Shown piece by piece: positions 11,725-21,870 of a stretch of 64,000 bases of DNA. The notes beneath the pieces are model-generated. The model was given only the letters and a program-made list of their open reading frames with translations, made no database searches and was not told the DNA's origin. Numbering within the stretch: position 1 is the first letter of the stretch; the number at the start of each line of letters is the position of its first letter. A program made the translations under genes and the position numbers. Source of the stretch: Selaginella moellendorffii (Eukaryota > Plantae > Lycopodiophyta); assembly GCF_000143415.4 (NCBI RefSeq), contig NW_003314336.1, positions 658,853 through 722,852 of the forward strand, in the 5' to 3' direction.

Positions 11725-13548
11725 ATGGAGCTCAACTATGATCCCATCTTCCCCGACTGCCCAGTCATTGATCACTGCCTCTCAATCTGGTCCCGGCAAG
11801 CAGCCTTCCACAGCAAGCCGGCTTTCGTGTGGATCGACGAGTCCAGCGAAGAGGAAGAACCGGCTGTCTTGACATACGGTCTTCTGGATTCTCTCGCTGC
11901 CGCTACCTCAAGCTGGCTGATCCATGTCGAGGGTCTTAAGCGTGGCGACCGTGTAGTCTTGCTCTATCCACCAGGCCTCGATTTCATCTCTGTTATCTTC
12001 GGCTGCCAGCGAGCGGGGATCGCTGTAATCCCACTCGTGCCACCGTCGGCTTCTTCTAACAAAACCAAGAGCGGTAAGGATATCATGGAAGTCATTCTAG
12101 AGGCCTCACCAGTGGCATTTATTTCTCCGAAATCGTTGAGCGCGCAACTTGATGGATCGTCCGCAAAAGCCATCGCCGAGTACTTCAACCTGCGCTGGAT
12201 AGCACTGGAGCCAGACAAGATCCACAGTGTCAGTTTGGAGTCAGTCGACGATGATTCTTACGTGAGGCTTTCCAGAGCGGAGGATTTGTTCCTGATCCAG
12301 TATACTTCCGGATCGACTGGCGCTCCAAAACCGGTGATGATCTCCGCTGGAGCGGCAGCGCACAACGCTCGAGCGGCTAGAAGAGCTTACGACCTCCAGC
12401 CGTCCAGCATCATCGTCTCGTGGCTTCCACTGTATCACGACTGTGGCCTCATGTTCATCCTTCTCACCATCACCTGCGGGGCAACAAGCTTCCTTAGCTC
12501 GCCATTTTCCTTCTCTAAAAGGCCATGGCTATGGCTGGAGATGCTCTCCAAATTCAAAGCTACCTGTACCGTGGTGCCCGCATTTGCTCTCCCTCTGGTA
12601 GAATCCAAACTCGTCCAGGATAACTCATTTCCAGATCCCAAAGCTCGGCATTTGCAACTGGATTTGTCACACCTCGAGAGCTTGATTCTCGTCAACGAGC
12701 CCATCCTGGCAGCAAGCGTGAGTAGTTTCCTCAAGAGCTTCTCTAGATTCGCACTGAGAAAGGATTCCATAGCACCTTCTTACGGGCTGGCCGAGAACTC
12801 CACGTTTGTGTGCACGGCATGGAAGAAATCCTGTGACTTTCCAGTGTACCAAGAGCTTCTTCCCAGCGGAAAGATCTCAAGCGCGCACGATGATCTGCAA
12901 GAGATGAATCCCAGAGTCGTGGATCCAGAGACAAGCAAAGAAGTACCTGATGGAGAGGAAGGCGAGGTGTGGATTTCCTCTCCAAGCATGGGAAGCGGCT
13001 ATGTGAACGATCCAGCATTGTCATCGCAGACATTCCAGGCCAAAATCCATGGATCCAGCGATTCCTTCCTTCGCACCGGCGACACTGGAGTCATCTCCCA
13101 TGGATTCTTGTTCATCACTGGAAGAATCAAAGATCAGCTGCTGCTGGACGGAGGGAGGAGAAAGATCCATCCACAGTACCTGGAATCCACCGCATTCTCA
13201 TTCTCTCCACTCCTCCGGCCTGGTTGCGCGGTAATATTCCAAGCCCGAGGTGAGAACATCGTCTTGATCGCCGAGACCGCCAGTGGATCGATCGCCACTC
13301 CAGACGCGCAGGCGATCGCGTCGAGGATCTTCGTCGAGATTCTCAGCAAGCACGAAGCCCCGGTCTGGACGATCGTGCTCGCTTCGCCGCGATCCATTCC
13401 CAAGCCGACATCCGGCAAGCTGAGAAGATCCGAGGCGCGGCGGATGTACCTGAGTGGAGAGCTGCGATGGATCAAGCGCGTCTCCTTTCGGGAGCTCCTG
13501 TCGCTGGAAGAGAGCTTCCCGCCCATCGAGCTTCGTTCCTCTCTCTGA
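11725..13548 (+). CDS. Fatty acyl-AMP ligase (FAAL/FadD-like adenylating enzyme), intronless, 607 aa
   Basis: Motifs QYTSGSTGAPK, SWLPLYHDCGL, PSYGLAEN, FLRTGDTG, GRIKD, PKPTSGKLRR; uninterrupted ORF. Confidence 0.93.
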   Translation: MELNYDPIFPDCPVIDHCLSIWSRQAAFHSKPAFVWIDESSEEEEPAVLTYGLLDSLAAATSSWLIHVEGLKRGDRVVLLYPPGLDFISVIFGCQRAGIAVIPLVPPSASSNKTKSGKDIMEVILEASPVAFISPKSLSAQLDGSSAKAIAEYFNLRWIALEPDKIHSVSLESVDDDSYVRLSRAEDLFLIQYTSGSTGAPKPVMISAGAAAHNARAARRAYDLQPSSIIVSWLPLYHDCGLMFILLTITCGATSFLSSPFSFSKRPWLWLEMLSKFKATCTVVPAFALPLVESKLVQDNSFPDPKARHLQLDLSHLESLILVNEPILAASVSSFLKSFSRFALRKDSIAPSYGLAENSTFVCTAWKKSCDFPVYQELLPSGKISSAHDDLQEMNPRVVDPETSKEVPDGEEGEVWISSPSMGSGYVNDPALSSQTFQAKIHGSSDSFLRTGDTGVISHGFLFITGRIKDQLLLDGGRRKIHPQYLESTAFSFSPLLRPGCAVIFQARGENIVLIAETASGSIATPDAQAIASRIFVEILSKHEAPVWTIVLASPRSIPKPTSGKLRRSEARRMYLSGELRWIKRVSFRELLSLEESFPPIELRSSL

Positions 13549-14379
13549 AATTAGGGTTCTTCCAGAATAATACTAGAAGACGAGCCCTAAATCGCGCAGC
13601 CATAGCTAGGGTTTCTAGCAACGCTCTTCAATGATCACGTTGCAGCGCTTTCCCGTGGCTTTGCTGATCCGTTGGGAGCGAAGAGCGATCGATCGGGAGC
13701 ATTTTGAGAAGGATTTTCTGTCTAGAATCTCCTTTCAAGCGTGCTCTTGACATTTTGCCGATTTGTAGGCCGATTCCAAAGGAGGACTCGGCGATTTCCT
13801 GCTAGTGCCTCTCATTTCACCCGGCCGAGATGGAATCCTAGGCAATCCAATGTCTGCTAGCGGCGAATCCATTTTTCTCTTCTGTGTTCCTCGCTCTGGT
13901 AGGATTGCCGATAGAACAATCGTGTGAAATGATGTTTGATTTTGTTTCCCTATTGGCCTGAATCGCCAGCGTGATGGCTTGAGAAACATGGTGCCTGATC
14001 ACACAAAGAGACCAAAAAAAAAAAAAAATGATTTTGATTCCTCAAAGTTCTTGCTCTCGCCCAAACAGAAAAATCTTTCGCAGCTCTGTCGATTCTTTCA
14101 CACAAAAAACTTTCCAGATGGTTTGCTATTATCTGAAATCACAAAGAGCTATGAGATAACCAAAAAGAAGAAACTTCGAAACCAAAGAGATTTGGAGAAC
14201 AGTGACAAATCAAAACAAAGGATGGAAGCATGCAAATCATCCAAGAACTTGGAGATTTGGAAGAACAGTAACAAATCAAAACAAAGGATGGAGGCAAGCA
14301 AATCATCCACGATTTGGAAGAACAATGAAAAAAAGGAACCAAAAACGCAAGCAAAGAGAAAGAACACGAAAAAGCTTAC

Positions 14380-14773
14380 CTTTGGAAGGATCCGTGGTAG
14401 CAGTAGCAGCAGCAGAACCAGCCGGAGGAACCAAGTTGAGCTCCTCAAATATGGCATCGATTCGCGTAGACAACGGTTCAATCTTTCTGCCCTGCTGCTT
14501 GCTCGCCTCTTGCATCACTCGCTCGCTCACTGCCCCCAGCTTCTCCCTCAGCTTCCTGTTATCCTCCCTCAGATTTTCCATCCTCTCCTCGTGCTCGCTG
14601 TCGAAAGCGTTCCTCTCGTTCTTCAAGCTCACCAGCTTGCTCGAGAAAACAATGCACATCAGCGCAATCACAGTGCTCGTCATCTCCACCTTCTTCTGCT
14701 TCAATTCCCTGACGAAGACCTGGAATGGAGTGGGACGCCGCAAAGCCTGCTCGACCTTTCCCTCCATCTCCAA
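14380..14773 (-). CDS. First exon of a small protein with one hydrophobic segment followed by a coiled coil
   Basis: TSTVIALMCIVFSS followed by a heptad-rich E/K/R stretch; GTAAG donor at 14379; downstream exons not resolved. Confidence 0.5.
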
Positions 14774-14913
14774 AAAAGATCTTTGCTTCTCTTTCTAGCT
14801 TTCCAAAAGAGAAATTTTTTCCCTCTTTTTCCTCCTGCCTGATCGATCAGCCTCGGCCTCTTCCTTCGCGAATTCTTCCTCTACCTCCTAAAATGCCTGG
14901 AATGTGAGCGATC

Positions 14914-15090
14914 TCAGTAGTCGTCTTCTTCGTCCTTGCCGCGCTTCCTGTACGCCCGCTCGATTTGCTTCGCCATGACGAGGCCGACGTTGACGATCCC
15001 CTGAACGTTCGGGATGTTGTAATTCTGCGCGAGATAGATCCCAAACAGCGTCCCCAGAGTGAAAGAGAAGCCGCTCCGGATCAAGCCCAT
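14914..15090 (-). CDS. DUF4535/STMP1-like short transmembrane (mitochondrial) protein, 58 aa
   Basis: Manual translation MGLIRSGFSFTLGTLFGIYLAQNYNIPNVQGIVNVGLVMAKQIERAYRKRGKDEEDDY*; family motif GIYLAQNYNIPN. Confidence 0.88.
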   Translation of the reverse strand: MGLIRSGFSFTLGTLFGIYLAQNYNIPNVQGIVNVGLVMAKQIERAYRKRGKDEEDDY

Positions 15091-15310
15091 GCCCTAGCTC
15101 CCCATCGCCGCCCTAAAACTCGCCAAGGAAAAAAACAAGTAAGCCCCAAACAAAAGCCAGCCGTTGGTTTTAGGGCTCTTAAACAAAGGTCCATCAAACG
15201 GCTGGGTTTTCGCGTGTTGGCAGATTCCATCGAATCATTTCTCCAGGTGATCCATCTCTTCCTCTTTGCTTGCTTGGTGGTGAAATGCCACAAGCAAAAC
15301 TAGAAGAAAT

Positions 15311-15720
15311 CTTCCACCAGGAATTCCACTTATTGGGCATTTGCATTTTCTGGGAACTCACTCTTACAAGTCCCTGTCCAAGCTCTCTGAAAGATTTGGT
15401 CCCATCATGAGCATCAAACTTGGTGTTGTCCTCTCCAGATGCAGCAAAAGCTTTTCTCTCCACTTATGACACCAATTTTGCAAAGATCGCAGTTGCCAAG
15501 CATGTTTTCTTATGGTTCCAAGGATTTGGCATGGGCTTCATATGGTCCACACTGGAGAATGACGAGAAAGGTAGGAACCTTGGAGTTCTTTTCTACAAAG
15601 AGAGTGGAAGAATCAAGAATTCTTAGAGCTTTCCAAAGTTCCATGGCTTTCAACGAGAGATTTGAGGACTCACTGTTTGTGGAGCTGGTGAAAGAGGTAG
15701 TATATTTTATGGGAGTCTTC
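15311..15720 (+). pseudogene. CYP71-clan cytochrome P450 N-terminal fragment
   Basis: LPPGIPLIGHLH, FGPIMSIKLG, VVLSSPDAAK, YGPHWRMTRK; frameshifted; no heme motif. Confidence 0.85.
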
Positions 15721-15749
15721 GTCTTCGAGAAATCCCGTCCTTCGAGAGC

Positions 15750-16035
15750 TTGTCGCGGCTGGAAGTTCTTCGCTTGCCTGGGAACTCCGCCGCCGTGGAT
15801 CGTGACCGGCTTTCCGGAGCTCCAGGAGCTCAACCTCGCAGAGAACGATCTGTCCATCGGCTCCATGAAGGCGTTCCAGTGGCTCTACCTCCACTACAAC
15901 AATCTCCAGGGAGCTCTTCCGCCAACCTTGGGAGGATGCTTCAACCTCTCCACCATCGACTTGAGCAGCAACACCATCCCTGACGAGATCTTCGACCTGG
16001 AGCTGGAAAGCTTGGCTCTCGCCATGAACAAGGCC
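15750..16035 (+). pseudogene. Plant extracellular LRR (LRR-RLK-like) fragment fused to the P450 fragment
   Basis: LQELNLAENDL, LYLHYNNLQGALPPTLGGCFNLSTIDLSSN. Confidence 0.8.
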
Positions 16036-16191
16036 TCTCTCGTCGTCAAACTCTTCCAGCTCTTGCAAAGTCATCCAGAGCTTGGATTTGTCGATCGTAT
16101 TCTTAAATACAGATTGAAATATAATTCTATGTAAGCTTTGAATTCTATTTATCAAACAAATGAAAACTCTTTGGAAACATTGGGATCCAAC

Positions 16192-16965
16192 TCAGCAAGC
16201 TTGTATTTCTGGCAGGTCTGCCAGAAATCCCTCAATATCAATAAACACATCATTGAATTCTTGAGGTTGCCCCCAGCAATTGGTTTGCACATCTCCACCT
16301 TGAACCCCACCAACAAACTCCTGACTAACTTGATCAGCAAACACTCCATCGCCAAGCTCGCTAGTTTGAGCAAACACTTCTTGCACACAATCACCAACAG
16401 GCCCTTGACCTAAGGCTGGTAGAAGCTCCCAACAACTGATTTGATCAAAAGTTTCATGTGAGAAAGGTTGAGCACAATCACCAACACCATGACCTTGCTC
16501 CCAACAAGTAGTTTGATCAAAACCCTCCTCTCCTGGACCCGATGATTCGCCTATAAATTCTTCTTGGACGACTGGAGTGACCTTGTCACACGCACCCCCT
16601 CCCTCATGACTCCTTAAAGCTTTGGATTTTCTCTTATTTCCACCCGTGGGCGATAGCGATACGTCCCTCACCTTGCCACCTTGTGTCCATTTTCCCTTGC
16701 ACGACCTACAAATGTAACGCGGCTGGTCGCGCTTGCCAGTACTCTTCTCGTTGTTGTAGTAATCGAACCGCGTGTTGTAAGATTGGCACCTTGGGCACTG
16801 GTACACGTTGTCCGGAAGGTCGTGGTGCTCCCACACGCCGTACAAGTTTTGGTCCCTCACCTCCTCGGCCGTGAGCTTGCAAGCCCTCTCGCTTCTCAGT
16901 CGACGCTTCTTTGTCAGCACCATGATACCATCGCCTTCTCTACTTCTCTTGCTTGCTCTCGCCAT
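16192..16965 (-). CDS. Divergent Dof zinc-finger transcription factor, copy 1
   Basis: CPRCQSYNTRFDYYNN...QPRYICRSCKGKWTQGGKVRDV; N-terminal basic NLS-like segment; acidic C-terminus. Confidence 0.87.
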   Translation of the reverse strand: MARASKRSREGDGIMVLTKKRRLRSERACKLTAEEVRDQNLYGVWEHHDLPDNVYQCPRCQSYNTRFDYYNNEKSTGKRDQPRYICRSCKGKWTQGGKVRDVSLSPTGGNKRKSKALRSHEGGGACDKVTPVVQEEFIGESSGPGEEGFDQTTCWEQGHGVGDCAQPFSHETFDQISCWELLPALGQGPVGDCVQEVFAQTSELGDGVFADQVSQEFVGGVQGGDVQTNCWGQPQEFNDVFIDIEGFLADLPEIQAC

Positions 16966-17385
16966 AGCTCGTACGATCCTAAAGGACTTGACCTTATTTA
17001 TTTATATATGCACTAAAGTAAAGGCTGGGTTAGCTTAAACAGTGTAGATTCCCACTAATCCTGTGCGGTTTAAGGTAATGTCTGGCAAATGGTTTGGCTG
17101 TAAATACAATCAAGGCGCTAAAGGTTGATGATAGAAAACTGCTGAAGCTCAAGATCTATCTATAGGCATTTCCATAGGTTTCTGTGAGCTCCTTCGTCAT
17201 CGGCTTACTGGTGGACAGGAAACTATTTTGAGAAAGAGAAAGTATATATTTTTTCTTATCTTTGCGGCTTTTCATATATTTGACATATAGATTGAAATAT
17301 AATACTATGTAGGCTTCTATTCATCAAACAAATCTGGAAACCCTGGGATCCAACTATAAATTCTTTTGACAAAAAATTCCATGAA

Positions 17386-18147
17386 TCAGCAAGCCTGTAT
17401 TTCTGGCAGGTCTGCCAGAAATCCCTCAATATCAATAAACACATCATTGAATTCTTGAGGTTGCCCCCAGCAATTGGTTTGCACATCTCCACCTTCAACC
17501 CCACCAACAAACTCCTGACTAACTTGATCAGCAAACACTCCATCGCCAAGCTCGCTAGCTTGAGCAAACACTTCTTGCACACAGTCACCAACAGGTCCTT
17601 GACCCAAGGCTGGCAGAAGCTCCCAACAACTGTTTTGATCAAAAGCCTCGTGAGATAAAGGTTGGGCACAATCACCCAGACCATGGCCTTGCTCCCAATA
17701 AGTAGTTTGATCAAAACCCGCAACACAATCACCCATAACTTGAGATGATTCGCCTACAAATTCTTCCTGGACGACTGGAGTGATCTTGTCTCCCCCATGG
17801 CTCTTTAAAGTTCTCTTATTTCCACCAGTGGGCGATAGCGATACGTCCCTTACCTTGCCACCTTGTGTCCATTTTCCCTTGCACGACCTACAAGCGTAGC
17901 GCGGCTGGTCGCGCTTGCCAGTACTCTTCTCGTTGTTGTAGTAATCGAACCGCGTGTTGTAAGATTGGCACCTTGGGCACTGGTACACGTTGTCCGGAAG
18001 GTCGTGGTGCTCCCACACGCCGTACAAGTTTTGATCCCTCACCTCTTGGGCCGTGAGCTTGCAAGCCCTCTCGCTTCTCAGTCGACGCTTCTTTGTCAGC
18101 ACCATGATACCATCGTCTTCTCTACTTCTCTTGCTTGCTCTCGCCAT
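17386..18147 (-). CDS. Divergent Dof zinc-finger transcription factor, copy 2 (tandem duplicate)
   Basis: Near-identical to 16192-16965, including ~100 bp of upstream sequence. Confidence 0.87.
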   Translation of the reverse strand: MARASKRSREDDGIMVLTKKRRLRSERACKLTAQEVRDQNLYGVWEHHDLPDNVYQCPRCQSYNTRFDYYNNEKSTGKRDQPRYACRSCKGKWTQGGKVRDVSLSPTGGNKRTLKSHGGDKITPVVQEEFVGESSQVMGDCVAGFDQTTYWEQGHGLGDCAQPLSHEAFDQNSCWELLPALGQGPVGDCVQEVFAQASELGDGVFADQVSQEFVGGVEGGDVQTNCWGQPQEFNDVFIDIEGFLADLPEIQAC

Positions 18148-18379
18148 AGCTCGTACGACCCTAAAGGACTTGATCTTATTTATATGTGCACTAAAGTAAA
18201 GGCTGGGTTAGCTTAAACAACGTAGATTCCCACTAATCCTGTGCGGTTTAAGGTAGTCCAGAGCGCGATCAAGGCATGCGGCATCCACATCGCAGAGGGC
18301 AAGAAGGAAAGAGTCTGTCGAGAAGCCAGGTATGCATAGCGTGCTGGATGACGCGACTGAGAAGAAACGCGTGATCAAG

Positions 18380-18720
18380 TCGGTGAGAATCCGAACGGTT
18401 TTGATTCGCATGTGTGCCGAGCCCGTGCCGAGTGTGCACGCTCGCGGAGTGTTCGCCAGGGCACTGGATTTTTCTACTGTGTCATGGAACAGTTTGATGC
18501 TTGGATACGGAGCGCACGGGCTTGGTTCTCGAGTCGAGCTGTTTCCATTGATGGAACGATCCGGGGTTTTCTCACCTTTGTGGCTGCGTTGAAAGCTTGC
18601 GCTAGTTTGGATAGGCAAACTTGTCAAACTCCGTGCTTTAGAAGATGGCACGGCTATAGCTTTGGAACTCTTCTTTCGGACGGAGCTGAAAGGAGTCACG
18701 AGCGCTCATCCTCTCAACAT
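18380..18720 (+). pseudogene. PLS-class PPR gene fragment
   Basis: ARGVFAR...VSWNSLMLGYGAHG, and TFVAALKACASL in a shifted frame. Confidence 0.75.
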
Positions 18721-20099
18721 GGTGACTTGTGAGACAAACTCTTATTCCTGGTCTCCAGGAAATGATCGAAGACTCGTCTGCCGGAGCCAAACGGAGAAGA
18801 ACTTGACGAGGTAAGAAACACTTCTTAGTTTTCTCCTCTTCAGAAATGGATTTCCCTTCTTGTCACAGATCTACAGAGATTGTGATACTAGGGTTCTCAA
18901 GGCGGCTTCTCACGGAGGAGGCAACCACTGTCGCTTCAATTTTAGATATTCTATGTTTAAAGTTCCGATTGCAATCTACTTGCCAACATTTATGAGGAGC
19001 TCAGAGGAATTTCGGGAGGTAGAACTCAAGCAAAGACACAAGGATCTGAGAGGAATTTCGGCAAGCGAAGACTGAGCGGTTAGGAGAGTATGTGTGGCAA
19101 ATTTGCCAAAAAAACTAAACTACTCTTTTTTCAAGGAGATCAAACTTTCCAAAAGCACATAATCACGACCTTTAGTGCTCTTGTAATGTAACAAAAGGGA
19201 AGATTGGTGCAATGGTATTCACTATCCGGGTCTCTTGTGGGTGCAAGAAAAACATGGAAACTTGACAACAAAGCTAGTCACTAAAATGCTAGTTATGCTA
19301 TTACAATCGTTTCTACTTGTCACTAATACATGTTTTTGGAGGGTCTTGCTGGAGGCATGAGACCACTGGGACAACTGAAGAAGAGAATGAGAGAACAAGG
19401 AGCAAGAACTTTGAAAATAAACTCATCACCCTAGAACGTAATTAACGGCATCCAGACTTGGAATGTGTGACTTCTACCAGTAGTACAACATACTTTTGCC
19501 CTGTCCCTACCAACACCACAACACTCTCATGTTTTCTAGGTCAGCATAAACAAATTAAGCAATATTTTGGTTTGTGGTTTGAGTATATTCTAACATAACA
19601 TAATCAGCTATGTTTATAATCCTTATTTTACTTTTGGATAAAGTTCAAAATTGGAGAACTAAAATGGATCACCAAAGATTTCTTACAGTTAGAAGGAAGC
19701 AGAGTAGCTCCAGTCCTTGCCCTCAGGCTGACCAGGTAGAAGATTTGATGTGCCTGGCAAATGCTGGCAGTGTGCTCCAGCAATCCATCTAGCATGGTGG
19801 TGCTTGAGGATAGGCGGCAGAAATGCCTGACGACAAGGGTGTTCTAGTCAGTCCTACAAACTGGTCATGGAAAATCCTTGGGTGAGAAATTTGGTCCTCC
19901 CTCGCATCAGATGCCCATTTGTAAATATACTTGAAAGTATTATATATATTTTTAAATGTGTGTGCATGCAGCAATATTTAATTTTCTTAATAATAGTATT
20001 ATTCCTGGTTTGCATTGTGATAGTGAATATACTTAGAATATTCTTAAATACTCTGGGATATTCTACTCTCTAGTGGTTGTTATTCATTTAAATTAATCA

Positions 20100-20125
20100 C
20101 TAGCAGGGAACCCAGCTCCGCTGGG
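20100..20125 (-). mobile_element. Helitron-like 3' end
   Basis: Minus strand reads hairpin CCCAGC-GGA-GCTGGG, 7 nt, then CTAG followed by T. Confidence 0.6.
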
Positions 20126-20785
20126 ATAGTTAGATGCTAATTCTACAAAGAGAAGAATTTATTAAAACTTGCTTAAGTTCAATATGTAACAAGCACTTGG
20201 TTTATTTAGTTTTTACTTAGTGATTGCAACCAAACACTATTTCTTAAATGGTTTACTGGAATAGAATAATACAAGCTTTGACTCAAAGCTTAAAAGAATT
20301 ATTCAACACATGAAGAGGTGGCTTAATCATATTCCTCAATTTGGTATATTATTTGGGCATTCTAGATCAGGTTCATCACCTTCTATAAGCTCATTGGGGT
20401 TGAGCAATAGACTACTAAGCATTTTCCATCTCGAGGCATTTTTAATTTATGCCCATGTGAATAAGGAGTAGTTCCCTTAGGGTGGGGTTCCATGCTCCAC
20501 CCACTTGGAAATTTCTCCCCACCCCCCCCTCCAAAAACAACTTTCCCCTCTTTTTTTTTAATGGTTACATTACATGTAACCCTCTTTTTTATATGCCACA
20601 TAAGGCTACACATTAGCTTCTTTTTTTCCACATCATAATGGATTAGGGTGCCATTTTTTTTTACCCTAAATTGAGTGCATAGCATGCCATAGCTTGGCAA
20701 TTCTTCCTTGGCAATCACTTCCCATGATGTAGAGATTGTGATGAAGTACTTAAATTTGGTAGAGTTGTTCTTTCTGGAGGAGGAC

Positions 20786-21870
20786 ATGATCTTAATTCTA
20801 GTTTCAAGAAAGCTTTTGTGGTGGAGGAAGCGATTGCTATAGTGCTTTCTATGCTATATCCTATTGCAACTTCATTTATTGAAAGAGTGACCACTAAAAA
20901 GGAGCTCCTAGGGCTATTGTTCAATGTGGATTACATCAAGCCAAGAAGTCTCCATTGGTGGTATCAAACAGAGCTTCAGGTTCTCTATATAAATCCACAA
21001 AGATTCAGAGAAGTTTTTTAGTATCTACATTCACTTTTCTTTGTGACAAGCTTGCTCCAAAATTGGCTAGGAGGCCTCCTCCAAATTTGGCAGAAATACC
21101 AAAGTAGCACTTAGCTATTTCAAAGCAAGTAGCTATTGCTTTGAAATGCTTGGCATTCGGGGATACATGGTAAATAATTGGTGATGCATTTAGAGTGGCT
21201 TCATGCACTCAAGCTTGTCTATGCTGATTCAGGTATTCATTGCTTGAGCATAAAGGACTAATGATCCATTGGCAGATGAGGAGGGAATAAATGAAGTTAT
21301 AGCATGATTTTAGAGATTGCATGGATTCCCAAATTGTTGTGGTGCAATGGATTGCACTCATATGGCAATCGAGCTCCTAGGTTCAGAGGATGCAATAGAT
21401 TGATATGCTAGGGCAAAAAAGTACTACTCAATGGTAGTTCAAGTTGTGGTAGACAGTAAGACTTCATTTCTTTACATAACAATAGGGATAGTAGGTAGTG
21501 TTCCAGATAGACAAGTTTGGAATTCTAGTGGTTTGAAGAAGGCATAGATAGAGAAGAAGTGTTTATGTGGTCCAGTGTACCACACAGAGTTTGGGGACAT
21601 TCCATTGTATATCATTGTTGACAGAGGATAAGAGTGTGCTTTATTGGTTTTGGTCTTATATCCAAACAAGTTTCATGGCAAAGAGCAATACAACTTTCTT
21701 CATTCTTCTATGAGGATTGTTGTCAAGCAATCTTTTGGAATTTTAAAGAGGCAATGCAAATTGCTTGGTTAGAAGGGATTTAGAGGACATCTAGGCATCC
21801 TTGCGAACAACATCATGTCTTGCTATGTGCTGCATACCTTGATGATCACAAGGAATGACAGGTTCATGGA
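20786..21870 (+). pseudogene. PIF/Harbinger (HARBI1-like) transposase remnant
   Basis: GFPNCCGAMDCTH, YSMVVQVVVD, GSVPDRQVW, HSSMRIVVKQSFGILK; many stops. Confidence 0.85.

Noticed and set aside
13979-14842. 287-aa + strand ORF
   Set aside because: Low-complexity antisense of the minus-strand gene and its intron (which holds a ~60-bp tandem repeat); no recognisable motifs.
20383-20787. 134-aa minus-strand ORF as the Harbinger Myb/SANT partner
   Set aside because: No convincing Myb/trihelix tryptophan pattern; cannot be supported.
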